Shown here one piece after another: positions 49,202 to 57,859 of a DNA stretch of 64,000 nt. Origin of the DNA: a virus; IMG/VR virus record IMGVR_UViG_3300034375_010798. One strand, written 5' to 3'. A program made the position numbers and the translations under genes. Position 1 is the stretch's first letter, and every line of letters starts with the position of its first letter. Below the pieces are notes generated by a model. The model was not told the origin of the DNA. It ran no database searches and saw only the letters and a list, made by a program, of their open reading frames with translations.

Positions 49202-50774
49202 AAAGTTTCATATATTGCAATTAGCTGGTTTTGGAGACACACTTTCAGCATTAACAAGAATTCCCGCAGTAAAAGAAAAATACCCAGAACATGAAATACA
49301 ATTTTGGTTAGGTGGCATCGGCCAATCAGTTGAGTTTTCAAAACAACAAATAGAAAGAGAAGGTTATAAAGCTTCTGTTGTTAAGAACTTTTCATTTCAT
49401 AATCAAATCAGATCTACATATGATTTTATAAAAGAAAATGTTTTTGAAGAAAACGACATATTAGAAGATTGGAGTTTTTGTTCTGAGATTTTTAGTAATA
49501 AAGAACCTGTTTTTTATAAATATGATTTGCAATTTCCTTATCATTATAAAACAACAAAACATCCATATAATACAGAAATAAATTTTACACCAAAAAATAC
49601 AGTAGCTATTCACCCCCTAACAAAATCTGGCAACATAGAGGGGTTTGAAAGTGATGTTGAGAAAGGTAGGTTTTGGAGTAGAGATGAGTGGAAGAATTTG
49701 TGTATAAAGTTGTGTGATAATGGATATACACCTGCCTTCGTTGGTTATGGAGATGAGGATTGGGGGTTAATAGAAGAGCTAATAACAGACGGATACAGCG
49801 TCTTAGATAAGAGAATGGGTGTAGAAGATACAATATATTTTCTACAAACAGTTGATGCAGGTATATTCTGTAATAGTTGGGATTGGGAAATAACATCAAG
49901 AGCTGGTATACCAACATTTTGTTTTTATACGAAGAATCATTTCTTTATTCAGAATCATATACCAAAAGGGCTATCAGATTTTTGGAACACTTGTTATATT
50001 GAAACAAATTCTGATTATGAAGAAGTAGAATACTATGATCAAAAAGTATATAAAGAAGCTGTAAATGCATCTGGTGTTTTTGATAAAATAAAATATATAA
50101 TAGAAAATAAAAAATCTCCTAATTATAATTTTTCTGTGTGTATGATAGGTATGAATAATGAAAATCACATTCAGAAAACTTTTAATAATATAGGATCATA
50201 TATATCTTCAAATGAAAATAATGAGTTTGTTTTCGTTGATGGTGGATCTACAGATAAAACAATTGATATAACAAAAACATTTATTCAATCATTGAATATA
50301 AAAGAAGGAAACGCACATATAATAGAAAACCCATGGCCAAATAATCACAGTGTTCAGAAAAATATAGCCTTAGAAAAAACAAATAATGATTGGGTTGTTT
50401 GGATTGATACTGATGAAACTTATGAAGATATATTCTGGAATCAGTTAGGTTGGTATATAAGAGATGCTGATAAAAATAATTTTGACTCTATTATATTTCC
50501 AAGAATTAATGTTATAACTGGTGTTGATGAAGATAAGCTAGAAGATTTTGCAAAAAGACAAAATTGGGTTTTATCAAAACCATTTAATTGGATTAATTAT
50601 CCAGATGTTCAACAAAGAGTTTATAAGAACAATTGTAGATATAGTAACAAGATACATATAAAAATAAATAACGCTAATAAAGAAAAAGTAGTTGATGGTG
50701 TTCATTGTTTGCATTATAAAACATATGACACACAAGTTAATCAACTTATTGAATATGGTGAGTATAAACATTAA
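49194..50774 (+). CDS. GT9-like + GT2 fusion glycosyltransferase
   Basis: GT9-like N-terminus (AGFGDTL, VAIHP, R.W..W, NS); GT2 C-terminus (VDGGSTDKT, QKN.AL, WV.WIDTDE, YPD.Q.R). Confidence 0.8.
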   Translation: MSKKFHILQLAGFGDTLSALTRIPAVKEKYPEHEIQFWLGGIGQSVEFSKQQIEREGYKASVVKNFSFHNQIRSTYDFIKENVFEENDILEDWSFCSEIFSNKEPVFYKYDLQFPYHYKTTKHPYNTEINFTPKNTVAIHPLTKSGNIEGFESDVEKGRFWSRDEWKNLCIKLCDNGYTPAFVGYGDEDWGLIEELITDGYSVLDKRMGVEDTIYFLQTVDAGIFCNSWDWEITSRAGIPTFCFYTKNHFFIQNHIPKGLSDFWNTCYIETNSDYEEVEYYDQKVYKEAVNASGVFDKIKYIIENKKSPNYNFSVCMIGMNNENHIQKTFNNIGSYISSNENNEFVFVDGGSTDKTIDITKTFIQSLNIKEGNAHIIENPWPNNHSVQKNIALEKTNNDWVVWIDTDETYEDIFWNQLGWYIRDADKNNFDSIIFPRINVITGVDEDKLEDFAKRQNWVLSKPFNWINYPDVQQRVYKNNCRYSNKIHIKINNANKEKVVDGVHCLHYKTYDTQVNQLIEYGEYKH

Positions 50775-51823
50775 TGTTTACAACAAAAATAAGAAATAAT
50801 AATGTAGTTATACACCATATCAATGAGTTGTCTGTTGGTGGAACAACAAAAATAATACAAACTTTATTACCTTATTTTTTAAAAGATAAAAAATATAAAC
50901 ATTATGTTTCTTATAAAAAATGGATAGATATATCTAGAGAAAGTGATTTTATAAGTGTTATAGGTGAAGAAAGGATGCTTCCCTATAACACTGAACATGA
51001 TTTTTTAGAAATAGTTAAACATTTAAAACCTCACATCATACAAAGATATTCCGCAGGAATACCAGAGTTTCCTTTTGTAGAACAAGTAAAAGAACATACA
51101 AATCATTTTGTATCATTATCTACGTTTGGTGATCAAGACGAAACAATAGATATATCAGCGGTTATATATGTTTCTTTGCATGTTCAATTTTTTATGGGTA
51201 AACAAAAAGAAAAAAATCACTACACTGTAAGAGTTCCTGTTATTGATAAACCTCAAAATAAAAACTTAAGAAAAGAATTAGGTATAGAAGATGATATATA
51301 TGTTTTTGGTAGAATAGGAAGGTCTGATGATAATATATATGATCCTATTAATATAAAAGCCTATTCTATGATAGAAACAGATAAAACTTGCTTTATTTCT
51401 GTTAATTCTTCTCAAAAAATGCTGCAGGATATTAAGCAATTTAATATAAAGAATTTTGTTGACATTCCACAAAATATTGATTATATTTATATATCTAAGT
51501 TTTATAACACTATTGATGTTCTTGCTCATGCGAGGAAAGACGGCGAGTGTTGTCCTACAAACATAGCCGAATCGTTTTCACACAGTAAACCTGTAATAAG
51601 TCATTACGGTGATCGTTTTAATGGTCAAATAGAAAATATACAAAACGCAGGTTTTACTGTGTTACATAATGATATTAAAGAGTATGCTCGTATAATGAAA
51701 AATTTTGTAGATAAAAAATATGATTATGAAAAGTTATCAAAAAATGCAAGACAAAGATATGAAGAAGATTATAATCCAGAAATGATATATAGAAAGTATA
51801 TTGAGATATATAATTCATTATGA
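50774..51823 (+). CDS. GT4-family (GT-B) glycosyltransferase
   Basis: Motifs L.VGGT, FGRIGR and D.LAHAR.DGE.....IAE.....KPVI. Confidence 0.85.
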   Translation: MFTTKIRNNNVVIHHINELSVGGTTKIIQTLLPYFLKDKKYKHYVSYKKWIDISRESDFISVIGEERMLPYNTEHDFLEIVKHLKPHIIQRYSAGIPEFPFVEQVKEHTNHFVSLSTFGDQDETIDISAVIYVSLHVQFFMGKQKEKNHYTVRVPVIDKPQNKNLRKELGIEDDIYVFGRIGRSDDNIYDPINIKAYSMIETDKTCFISVNSSQKMLQDIKQFNIKNFVDIPQNIDYIYISKFYNTIDVLAHARKDGECCPTNIAESFSHSKPVISHYGDRFNGQIENIQNAGFTVLHNDIKEYARIMKNFVDKKYDYEKLSKNARQRYEEDYNPEMIYRKYIEIYNSL

Positions 51824-52527
51824 TTAACCCAAAAGATATACATGTTATACTTATAGGTAATAACGAAGTTTATAATTTTTATGCTAATATGGAGATTATA
51901 AGAGATAACTATGAGTTTGGTAATGATATATGGATTAGTTGCATATATAATGGTGATTTAAATGAATTATGTAGTGGAGCAAGAGAAAATAACTTTATAA
52001 CATTAAATGAAAACAGAGGTTATCAATTAGGGGCTTTAGATTTATACAATAAATCTTTTGAAGTTGCTAAACTAGTAAATAGAAAATATACTTTAATAAT
52101 GAATTTTGATGTTTGGATTTTAGATCAAAATAATTTTTTAGGCATATTTGAGGGTATACAAAAAGACAAACATATAGGCCTAGGTCGTAACATAGAATAT
52201 GGCCATCCACTAACGGATATATGCGTTTTTAAAACATCACATATACCAAAATATATACGCCAAGAAATATTGCCTGAAAGAATAGAAAATTTACACTTGA
52301 CAAATATGGAGAGTTTTGATATATTAGAAGAATGGTTTTTATGTATGATGTATGAAAACAACTTATATAATAGTTGGTATATCTTAAAAAGAGATAATCA
52401 TCCAAGATATAGGTGGACACATTCAAACAGTATAATGCATGAACATGATATTTATGTAAAGAAAAAAAGACTTATGTCTAATAATATATTTGAGGGCAAT
52501 TTAATAAAACAAATAAGGAGTTTATAA
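51820..52527 (+). CDS. Hypothetical protein, possibly a GT-A-fold glycosyltransferase
   Basis: ENRGYQLGA, NFD.W and E.W elements; located in the GT cluster. Confidence 0.45.
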   Translation: MINPKDIHVILIGNNEVYNFYANMEIIRDNYEFGNDIWISCIYNGDLNELCSGARENNFITLNENRGYQLGALDLYNKSFEVAKLVNRKYTLIMNFDVWILDQNNFLGIFEGIQKDKHIGLGRNIEYGHPLTDICVFKTSHIPKYIRQEILPERIENLHLTNMESFDILEEWFLCMMYENNLYNSWYILKRDNHPRYRWTHSNSIMHEHDIYVKKKRLMSNNIFEGNLIKQIRSL

Positions 52528-52530
52528 GTT

Positions 52531-52782
52531 ATGAATATGACAGGTGGTTTAGGTGGAACAACAGAAAATAATAATGATGATGATTATTGGCAGTGTGGTT
52601 CATGTAAGATTAAAGTTACTGAAGATAGTGATGTAAAAGTTTTACCTATAGCCTTAGGTGGTGATGGTTTAAAAAATCAAGGTTTAACTCTTTTTGTTTG
52701 CCCCAATTGTTATACATTGCAATTACCAGAAGAGGTTTTTAAAGAGTTTCATAAAAGGATGCAATCTAATATAATACATTAG
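52531..52782 (+). CDS. Zn-ribbon protein
   Basis: CGSC...CPNC motif. Confidence 0.7.
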   Translation: MNMTGGLGGTTENNNDDDYWQCGSCKIKVTEDSDVKVLPIALGGDGLKNQGLTLFVCPNCYTLQLPEEVFKEFHKRMQSNIIH

Positions 52783-52793
52783 AGGAGATAAAG

Positions 52794-52979
52794 ATGAATA
52801 AGTTCAATAGTTTACAGTCATATATATCTGATAGTATAAAAGATAAAGATGAAGAGTTTGATTTTAATCAACAAGAGATTGATAAAGATAAGGTAAAGAA
52901 ACCTAATCATAAGGCTTTTTTAATGCGTAAAAAAGCAAGAAAAACTGCTAAAAAGTCAAGACGAGCAAATAGAAGATAG
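52794..52979 (+). CDS. Small protein with a basic C-terminal tail
   Basis: GAGGAG SD; ends RKKARKTAKKSRRANRR. Confidence 0.7.
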   Translation: MNKFNSLQSYISDSIKDKDEEFDFNQQEIDKDKVKKPNHKAFLMRKKARKTAKKSRRANRR

Positions 52980-52990
52980 CAAAAAAGTAT

Positions 52991-53020
52991 TTGACTTTTT
53001 CTTATATTTTATTATATTAT
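52991..53020 (+). promoter_or_regulatory. Sigma70-type promoter (TTGACT-16/18-TATATT/TATTAT)
   Basis: Shares the TTATATTATATA -10 context with the promoters at 55863 and 63276. Confidence 0.65.
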
Positions 53021-53062
53021 ATACATAACAAATTTACAATAACTCAATAGAAAGGAATGTAA

Positions 53063-53239
53063 ATGGCACGCACAATCAGAAAGAAGTCTAAGGAAGATGT
53101 TCTTAACGAGCGTGAAGTTAAAAAAGGTGGTAAGAAGATAATTAAAAGAAGTCGTCAAAATGACAGAAGTAGATTGAAAAATATTGACTATAACGACCCA
53201 GCAGCACTGGAAGATATGGAAGATGAATACACTTATTAA
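53063..53239 (+). CDS. 58-aa protein, basic N-terminus and acidic C-terminus (not in the ORF track)
   Basis: AAAGGA SD; reads MARTIRKKSKEDVLNEREVKKGGKKIIKRSRQNDRSRLKNIDYNDPAALEDMEDEYTY*. Confidence 0.7.
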   Translation: MARTIRKKSKEDVLNEREVKKGGKKIIKRSRQNDRSRLKNIDYNDPAALEDMEDEYTY

Positions 53240-53360
53240 AAAAGTTTTAATATTTTTACCTTTTTTATTTTTATTTTATATTATTTTTAGTAAAGATAAC
53301 AATAAAAGAGATATTGAAGATTTAGAAAATTATTTAGGTTATGACGCAGCAGTTAATTAA
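53223..53360 (+). CDS. 45-aa single-pass membrane peptide (not in the ORF track)
   Basis: Reads MNTLIKKVLIFLPFLFLFYIIFSKDNNKRDIEDLENYLGYDAAVN*. It overlaps the previous stop and fills the gap to the SSB gene. Confidence 0.5.
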   Translation: MNTLIKKVLIFLPFLFLFYIIFSKDNNKRDIEDLENYLGYDAAVN

Positions 53361-53380
53361 AATCTATAAAGGAGATTATA

Positions 53381-54199
53381 ATGCCATTAAATCTTAGTAA
53401 AATCAACGGAGCACTAGATCGTCTTAACCCTCAAACAAGAAACTCTAACAACAACAATACTAATACAGCTGTTGTAAAACTTGAAGAGGGAGAGAGTGTA
53501 GTTCGTATTGCACCTTATAAGTATGATTTAGAAATGCCATTTCAAGAACTTCACTTTCACTATGGTGTTGGTGGAAAAACATTTCTTTGCCCAAAGAGAA
53601 TGGATAATCGCGATTGTGCGATTTGTGATATGGCTACAGAAGCTTGGTCAGATTTTACAAACACTAACGATGAATCATCAAAGGATGTATTCAAGAAGTT
53701 AGTTGCACAACTTAGAGTTTTTATTCCTATTGTAGTAAGAGGTCAAGAAGATCTTGGTGTTCGTTGGTGGGCTGTTTCACCTCGCACTACTTACAAGGAA
53801 ATTTTACAAAAAGTAAAGAATGCAATGTCACAAGGTATTGATATAACTGATCCTAATGAAGGCTTGGATTTAATCGTAAGAGTAGAGAAGGGATATAACG
53901 GTTGGTTAATTCCAGAGTCTATAGACACCGCTCTTAAGACTTCAAAGCTTACCGATGGAGATGTTGATGAACTTATTGACACCGTTACAAATATTAATGA
54001 TATATATTCTTTTAGAGATCCAGAAGAAATGAAGGAAGCTATTTCTAATTTCGCTAATGATTCTTCAGAAGAAAATAATTCACAAGGAAGTGTTAAGAAT
54101 TTCAGTAATTCAAATAACAAAAATGATGGTGACATTGATTTTGATAATAAAACTTCGGCATCTGATGTATCAGATAAGTTCGATAAGATGTTGAGTTAA
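53381..54199 (+). CDS. Single-stranded DNA-binding protein (T4 gp32-like)
   Basis: Motifs VRI.PY, PF.EL.FHY, CP......C.IC and DITD..EG.DL, with an acidic tail ending FDKMLS. Confidence 0.88.
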   Translation: MPLNLSKINGALDRLNPQTRNSNNNNTNTAVVKLEEGESVVRIAPYKYDLEMPFQELHFHYGVGGKTFLCPKRMDNRDCAICDMATEAWSDFTNTNDESSKDVFKKLVAQLRVFIPIVVRGQEDLGVRWWAVSPRTTYKEILQKVKNAMSQGIDITDPNEGLDLIVRVEKGYNGWLIPESIDTALKTSKLTDGDVDELIDTVTNINDIYSFRDPEEMKEAISNFANDSSEENNSQGSVKNFSNSNNKNDGDIDFDNKTSASDVSDKFDKMLS

Positions 54200-54200
54200 A

Positions 54201-55367
54201 ATGGCTAGAAAGAAAGTAATTAGTAAAACAACTAAAGATTATGATGGTTCCGGTGATGTCACTAAAGACATCACCGATTTACCACATAAACAAATTGTAG
54301 ATGCTCTTAATAAGAGTGTTGGTGATGTAGCTTATATTATAGGAACAGACGATTCACCAACCGAAGTAAGAGAGTGGTTATCTACAGGAAGCACTGTTTT
54401 AGACAGTATAATAAGTAACAATCCAGACATTGATGGCGGTATACCGGTAGGTAAATTAGTAGAAATGAGTGGAGAAGCAGCTACTGGAAAATCTTTAATA
54501 TCATATTTAATATTGAAGGATTGTTTAGATAAGGGCGGATTACCCGTATTGATTGATACAGAAAGTGCCTGTAATTTTGATTTCTTAAGAATGTTAGGTT
54601 TGGAACCAGATAGAAATTTAATTTATTTGCAGCCTTACAGTATTGAACAAGTATTTAAGAGTATAGAAGAGGTTATAAGAAAATTAAGAGAAGAAAACAA
54701 GGATCGTCTTTGTTGTATAGTTTGGGACTCTGTGGCTGCTACATCAACAGATTTGGAGTTAGAAAACGATTTCGGCCAAAGCCAAGTTGGCGTTCACGCC
54801 AGATTGATTGGCCAAGGGTTAAGAAAAGTTATAAGACTGATAGCTTCTGAAAGGATTTCTTTAGTTTTTCTTAATCAGTTAAGAACAAAGATTGGTGTTA
54901 TGTTCGGAGATCCAGATACAACTCCGGGTGGAAGATCAATACCTTTTATGTCTTCTGTTAGAATAAAACTTTATTCAGATGGTAAGTTGAAGGCAGGATC
55001 AGATATAATTGGTATGGGTATTAAACCTAAGATTGCAAAGAATAGAATGGGACCACCACACAGAGAGTGCCATTTGAAAATGTATTTTAGTAGAGGTCTT
55101 ATTGATGAAGAAAGTTGGTTAGATATATTAATTAAATCTGGTGTGTGCGAGAAGATATCAGCACAAAAATCTTCTTATACAGATAAATCAACAGGTGAAG
55201 TTTATGAATTTCAAAATAGAAAGTTTGTTGATTATGTCTTAGGGAGACCAGAGTTAAGAGAAAAGTTAAGGAAAGAAGTTAAGAAGTGTTTGTATATTGA
55301 ACCAGATCCCTATAAAAGAAATGATGAAATTGTTTTAGAAGAATTAAAGGAAGACGAGGATATATAA
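54201..55367 (+). CDS. recA: RecA/UvsX recombinase
   Basis: Motifs STGS..LD, GGIP.GK.VE..GEAATGKS, IDTE, WDSVA, NQLR.KIGVMFGDP.TTPGG and KNR.GPP. Confidence 0.95.
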   Translation: MARKKVISKTTKDYDGSGDVTKDITDLPHKQIVDALNKSVGDVAYIIGTDDSPTEVREWLSTGSTVLDSIISNNPDIDGGIPVGKLVEMSGEAATGKSLISYLILKDCLDKGGLPVLIDTESACNFDFLRMLGLEPDRNLIYLQPYSIEQVFKSIEEVIRKLREENKDRLCCIVWDSVAATSTDLELENDFGQSQVGVHARLIGQGLRKVIRLIASERISLVFLNQLRTKIGVMFGDPDTTPGGRSIPFMSSVRIKLYSDGKLKAGSDIIGMGIKPKIAKNRMGPPHRECHLKMYFSRGLIDEESWLDILIKSGVCEKISAQKSSYTDKSTGEVYEFQNRKFVDYVLGRPELREKLRKEVKKCLYIEPDPYKRNDEIVLEELKEDEDI

Positions 55368-55368
55368 G

Positions 55369-55680
55369 ATGGTAGCTTTTGTAGAAGAAGATAGTAATGA
55401 AGAAGAAAAACAAAAAACAGTAGCGAGAATAAAAGAATCAGTTGAGGGATTATCAAGAGTAGAGACATTAGGTTTTTTTCTTGGTCTTTCATTTTTTGGT
55501 TTGTTATTTACGTCAATTTTTTTTGGATTTTGGTTCCTTACATTTTATGTTTCTGCGATTGCGTGGAATAACTCTATTGCTGTATTGTTTTCATTACCTT
55601 TTATAACATGGAAAAACTCAGCTGCATTTTTTGGTATTTTTTTTATATTTGTTAAGTTTGTAAAATATCTAAAAAATTAG
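55369..55680 (+). CDS. Small integral membrane protein
   Basis: F/L-rich transmembrane segments and a WN......LP.IT.W motif. Confidence 0.7.
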   Translation: MVAFVEEDSNEEEKQKTVARIKESVEGLSRVETLGFFLGLSFFGLLFTSIFFGFWFLTFYVSAIAWNNSIAVLFSLPFITWKNSAAFFGIFFIFVKFVKYLKN

Positions 55681-55842
55681 TATATTGCATGGTTTGTAAT
55701 CCTTTGGTCGCATAACGGATGAGGGGGTAGTATGGGATACATTACTATGATATTATAATATATCAAACTTCAATGCTATTTAGTATTGATTATAAGTCAG
55801 CGACATCCCATAGAGGTGCTATCGTTAGGGGCAATTTACTAA
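55677..55842. ncRNA. Putative structured non-coding element (~165 nt)
   Basis: ORF-free gap with higher GC and several nested stems (see findings). No family recognised. Confidence 0.4.
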
Positions 55843-55862
55843 TAAAATAAGCAAAATATAGG

Positions 55863-55891
55863 TTGACAAAAGCAGAAAATATCCTTATATT
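55863..55891 (+). promoter_or_regulatory. Sigma70-type promoter TTGACA-17-TATATT
   Basis: Perfect -35 element with a 17-nt spacer. Confidence 0.8.
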
Positions 55892-55934
55892 ATATACATC
55901 AAATTAATGGTTATATAACGTAAGGATATTTTTT

Positions 55935-56306
55935 ATGCCAAGAAGAAAGAAGTCACCAGTGGTAGAGACACAAGAAACATTTGATGATAATGTTTCAAGT
56001 AAGATGACAGGTAGTAGTTCTAAGAGAGACACACATTATAGTAAGGTTTCTGCGTTTAAGTCATATATTGTGGATGAAGAGCAGTATAACCTTTACAAGT
56101 TGTATAAATCATATTATAAGTCAAAGAATGACGAGAATAAGGTGGCTGGTTTTCATGCAGGAGCTGTTATTTTTAGAACTATGAATGATTTCGAACGTAG
56201 GTGTAGTTTTTATCTAAATACGACAAAACACACAACAAAGAAAGAGTTGAAGAAATCCATATGTCAAGATTTGGATTTACTCAAAGAGATCATAATGGGT
56301 ATGTAA
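55935..56306 (+). CDS. Hypothetical protein
   Basis: AAGGA SD downstream of the promoter. Confidence 0.7.
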   Translation: MPRRKKSPVVETQETFDDNVSSKMTGSSSKRDTHYSKVSAFKSYIVDEEQYNLYKLYKSYYKSKNDENKVAGFHAGAVIFRTMNDFERRCSFYLNTTKHTTKKELKKSICQDLDLLKEIIMGM

Positions 56307-56381
56307 AAATGACCACTATTTTGTGTGGTATTTTGCTTTTTCGTTGTTCTAAAAGGGTAGCAAAATTTATTTTGAAAACCC

Positions 56382-56409
56382 TTGATTTTTCAAAAAATAT
56401 TGTTATATT
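56382..56409 (+). promoter_or_regulatory. Sigma70-type promoter TTGATT-16-TATATT with an extended -10 TG
   Basis: Read directly; precedes the deaminase-exonuclease-helicase operon. Confidence 0.55.
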
Positions 56410-56432
56410 TAGTATATCAAAGTTGGTAAATT

Positions 56433-56858
56433 ATGGAGTATGAGCCGAGTAACTCACTCGTAAAAAAAGAGATAAAGAAGAAGAAGTTTTTCAGAATGGC
56501 TTGTTCAGAAATGTTCAAGTCAGACCATAAAACGAGGTTTGGCGCGGTGTTAGTGTTAAAGAACGGCAAGGTTTATAAGTCTCACAATAAGGATATGAAA
56601 ACCCACCCTGCACTCAAAAAACATTATCCGTTCTACGCTGTATCAATACACGCCGAACTTCAAGCAATACTTTCAGTAAATTCATATAGATATGATGATT
56701 GTATAAAAGGTAGTAAGATGTATGTTTATAGAGAAGATAGACATGGTATGTTAAAGCCAGCTAAGCCTTGTTCTTATTGTATGAACATTATTAGAGAAGC
56801 TGGTGTTAAAAAAGTTTATTTTACAACCCCAACCGGGTGGGAGTGTCACATAATATGA
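56433..56858 (+). CDS. Zn-dependent cytidine/dCMP-deaminase-family protein
   Basis: Motifs FGAVLV, HAE and KPCSYC. Confidence 0.85.
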   Translation: MEYEPSNSLVKKEIKKKKFFRMACSEMFKSDHKTRFGAVLVLKNGKVYKSHNKDMKTHPALKKHYPFYAVSIHAELQAILSVNSYRYDDCIKGSKMYVYREDRHGMLKPAKPCSYCMNIIREAGVKKVYFTTPTGWECHII

Positions 56859-57847
56859 GAAAAAATAAAGTTTTAATAGTTGATATGTTGAATATGTATG
56901 TCAGAAACTTTTCTGCATTTGCTATGTCAAACGATAATGGTGAATTAGTTTCTGGGTTATATGGAAGTCTGGCTTCTATTAGGAGTCAAATAGAGTTACA
57001 CCAACCCGATTATACTATCATTGCGTGGGAAGGTCAGGGTTCATCAGAGAGAAGAAGAAAGACATTATCCTCATATAAAGAGGGTAGATCTTTTAAGGGT
57101 TTGAATCGCCGTCATTTTGATTCTTCTGATGAAGATGAAACACAATCATTCGCGCGGCAGTTACTATTACTTAAGGAGTGTCTTAATGATTTACCTGTTT
57201 TGCAATTAGGTGTAAAGTATTTAGAGGCCGATGATGTTATTGCATACCTTTGCAAAAAAGTGTTAAAAGATGATTACGAAAAGATAATAGTTTCTAGTGA
57301 TAAGGATTATTTTCAATTGGTTGATGACACAACTACAGTATTCAGACCCATTAAAACCAAGAAAGACCCCATAGGCCAGTTTATTAACACTGAGTGGATG
57401 AGTGATATAGAAGAGTGTTATCCACCTAATTACACATTGATAAAATCATTATGTGGTGATAATTCAGATAATATTGAAGGTGTTAAGGGCGTTGGTGAGA
57501 AAACAGTAAAGAAAGATTTTCCATTTCTATCAAACACAACAGAATATACAATAGACGATATACAAGAATATTCCATTGAACAAGTATCAAACAAACAAAA
57601 AAGATATCAGAAATATATTGATAATAAGAACTTAATAGAAAATAATTATAGTTTAGTTCAGTTGTTAGATCCTAATATATCAACAACTTCTGTAAGCACA
57701 ATCTTTAATATTGTTGGTAAAACACAATTAAAGTTTAATCCACCTAATTTTAGAATTAAATTACTATCCGAAGGAATTTCACCTAATAATATTGATAACT
57801 GGGTTTCTTCTTTCGCTACATTAAAAACAGAATATATTGAAATATAA
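56855..57847 (+). CDS. 5'-3' exonuclease / flap endonuclease (T4 RNase H, PolI N-terminal-like)
   Basis: Motifs LIVD..N, YK..R, EADDVIAY, VSSDKDY.QL and GD.SDNI.GVKGVGEKT. Confidence 0.93.
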   Translation: MRKNKVLIVDMLNMYVRNFSAFAMSNDNGELVSGLYGSLASIRSQIELHQPDYTIIAWEGQGSSERRRKTLSSYKEGRSFKGLNRRHFDSSDEDETQSFARQLLLLKECLNDLPVLQLGVKYLEADDVIAYLCKKVLKDDYEKIIVSSDKDYFQLVDDTTTVFRPIKTKKDPIGQFINTEWMSDIEECYPPNYTLIKSLCGDNSDNIEGVKGVGEKTVKKDFPFLSNTTEYTIDDIQEYSIEQVSNKQKRYQKYIDNKNLIENNYSLVQLLDPNISTTSVSTIFNIVGKTQLKFNPPNFRIKLLSEGISPNNIDNWVSSFATLKTEYIEI

Positions 57848-57859
57848 AGGAGGTGTGTA

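Noticed and set aside
55690-55730. Twister-ribozyme-like TAA-TCC...GGA-TGAGGG segment
   Set aside because: I could not find the required P1 stem and pseudoknot pairings, so it is kept only as part of the unclassified structured element.
56261-56443. 60-aa + strand ORF
   Set aside because: It overlaps the upstream gene end, a hairpin and a promoter, and has no motif.
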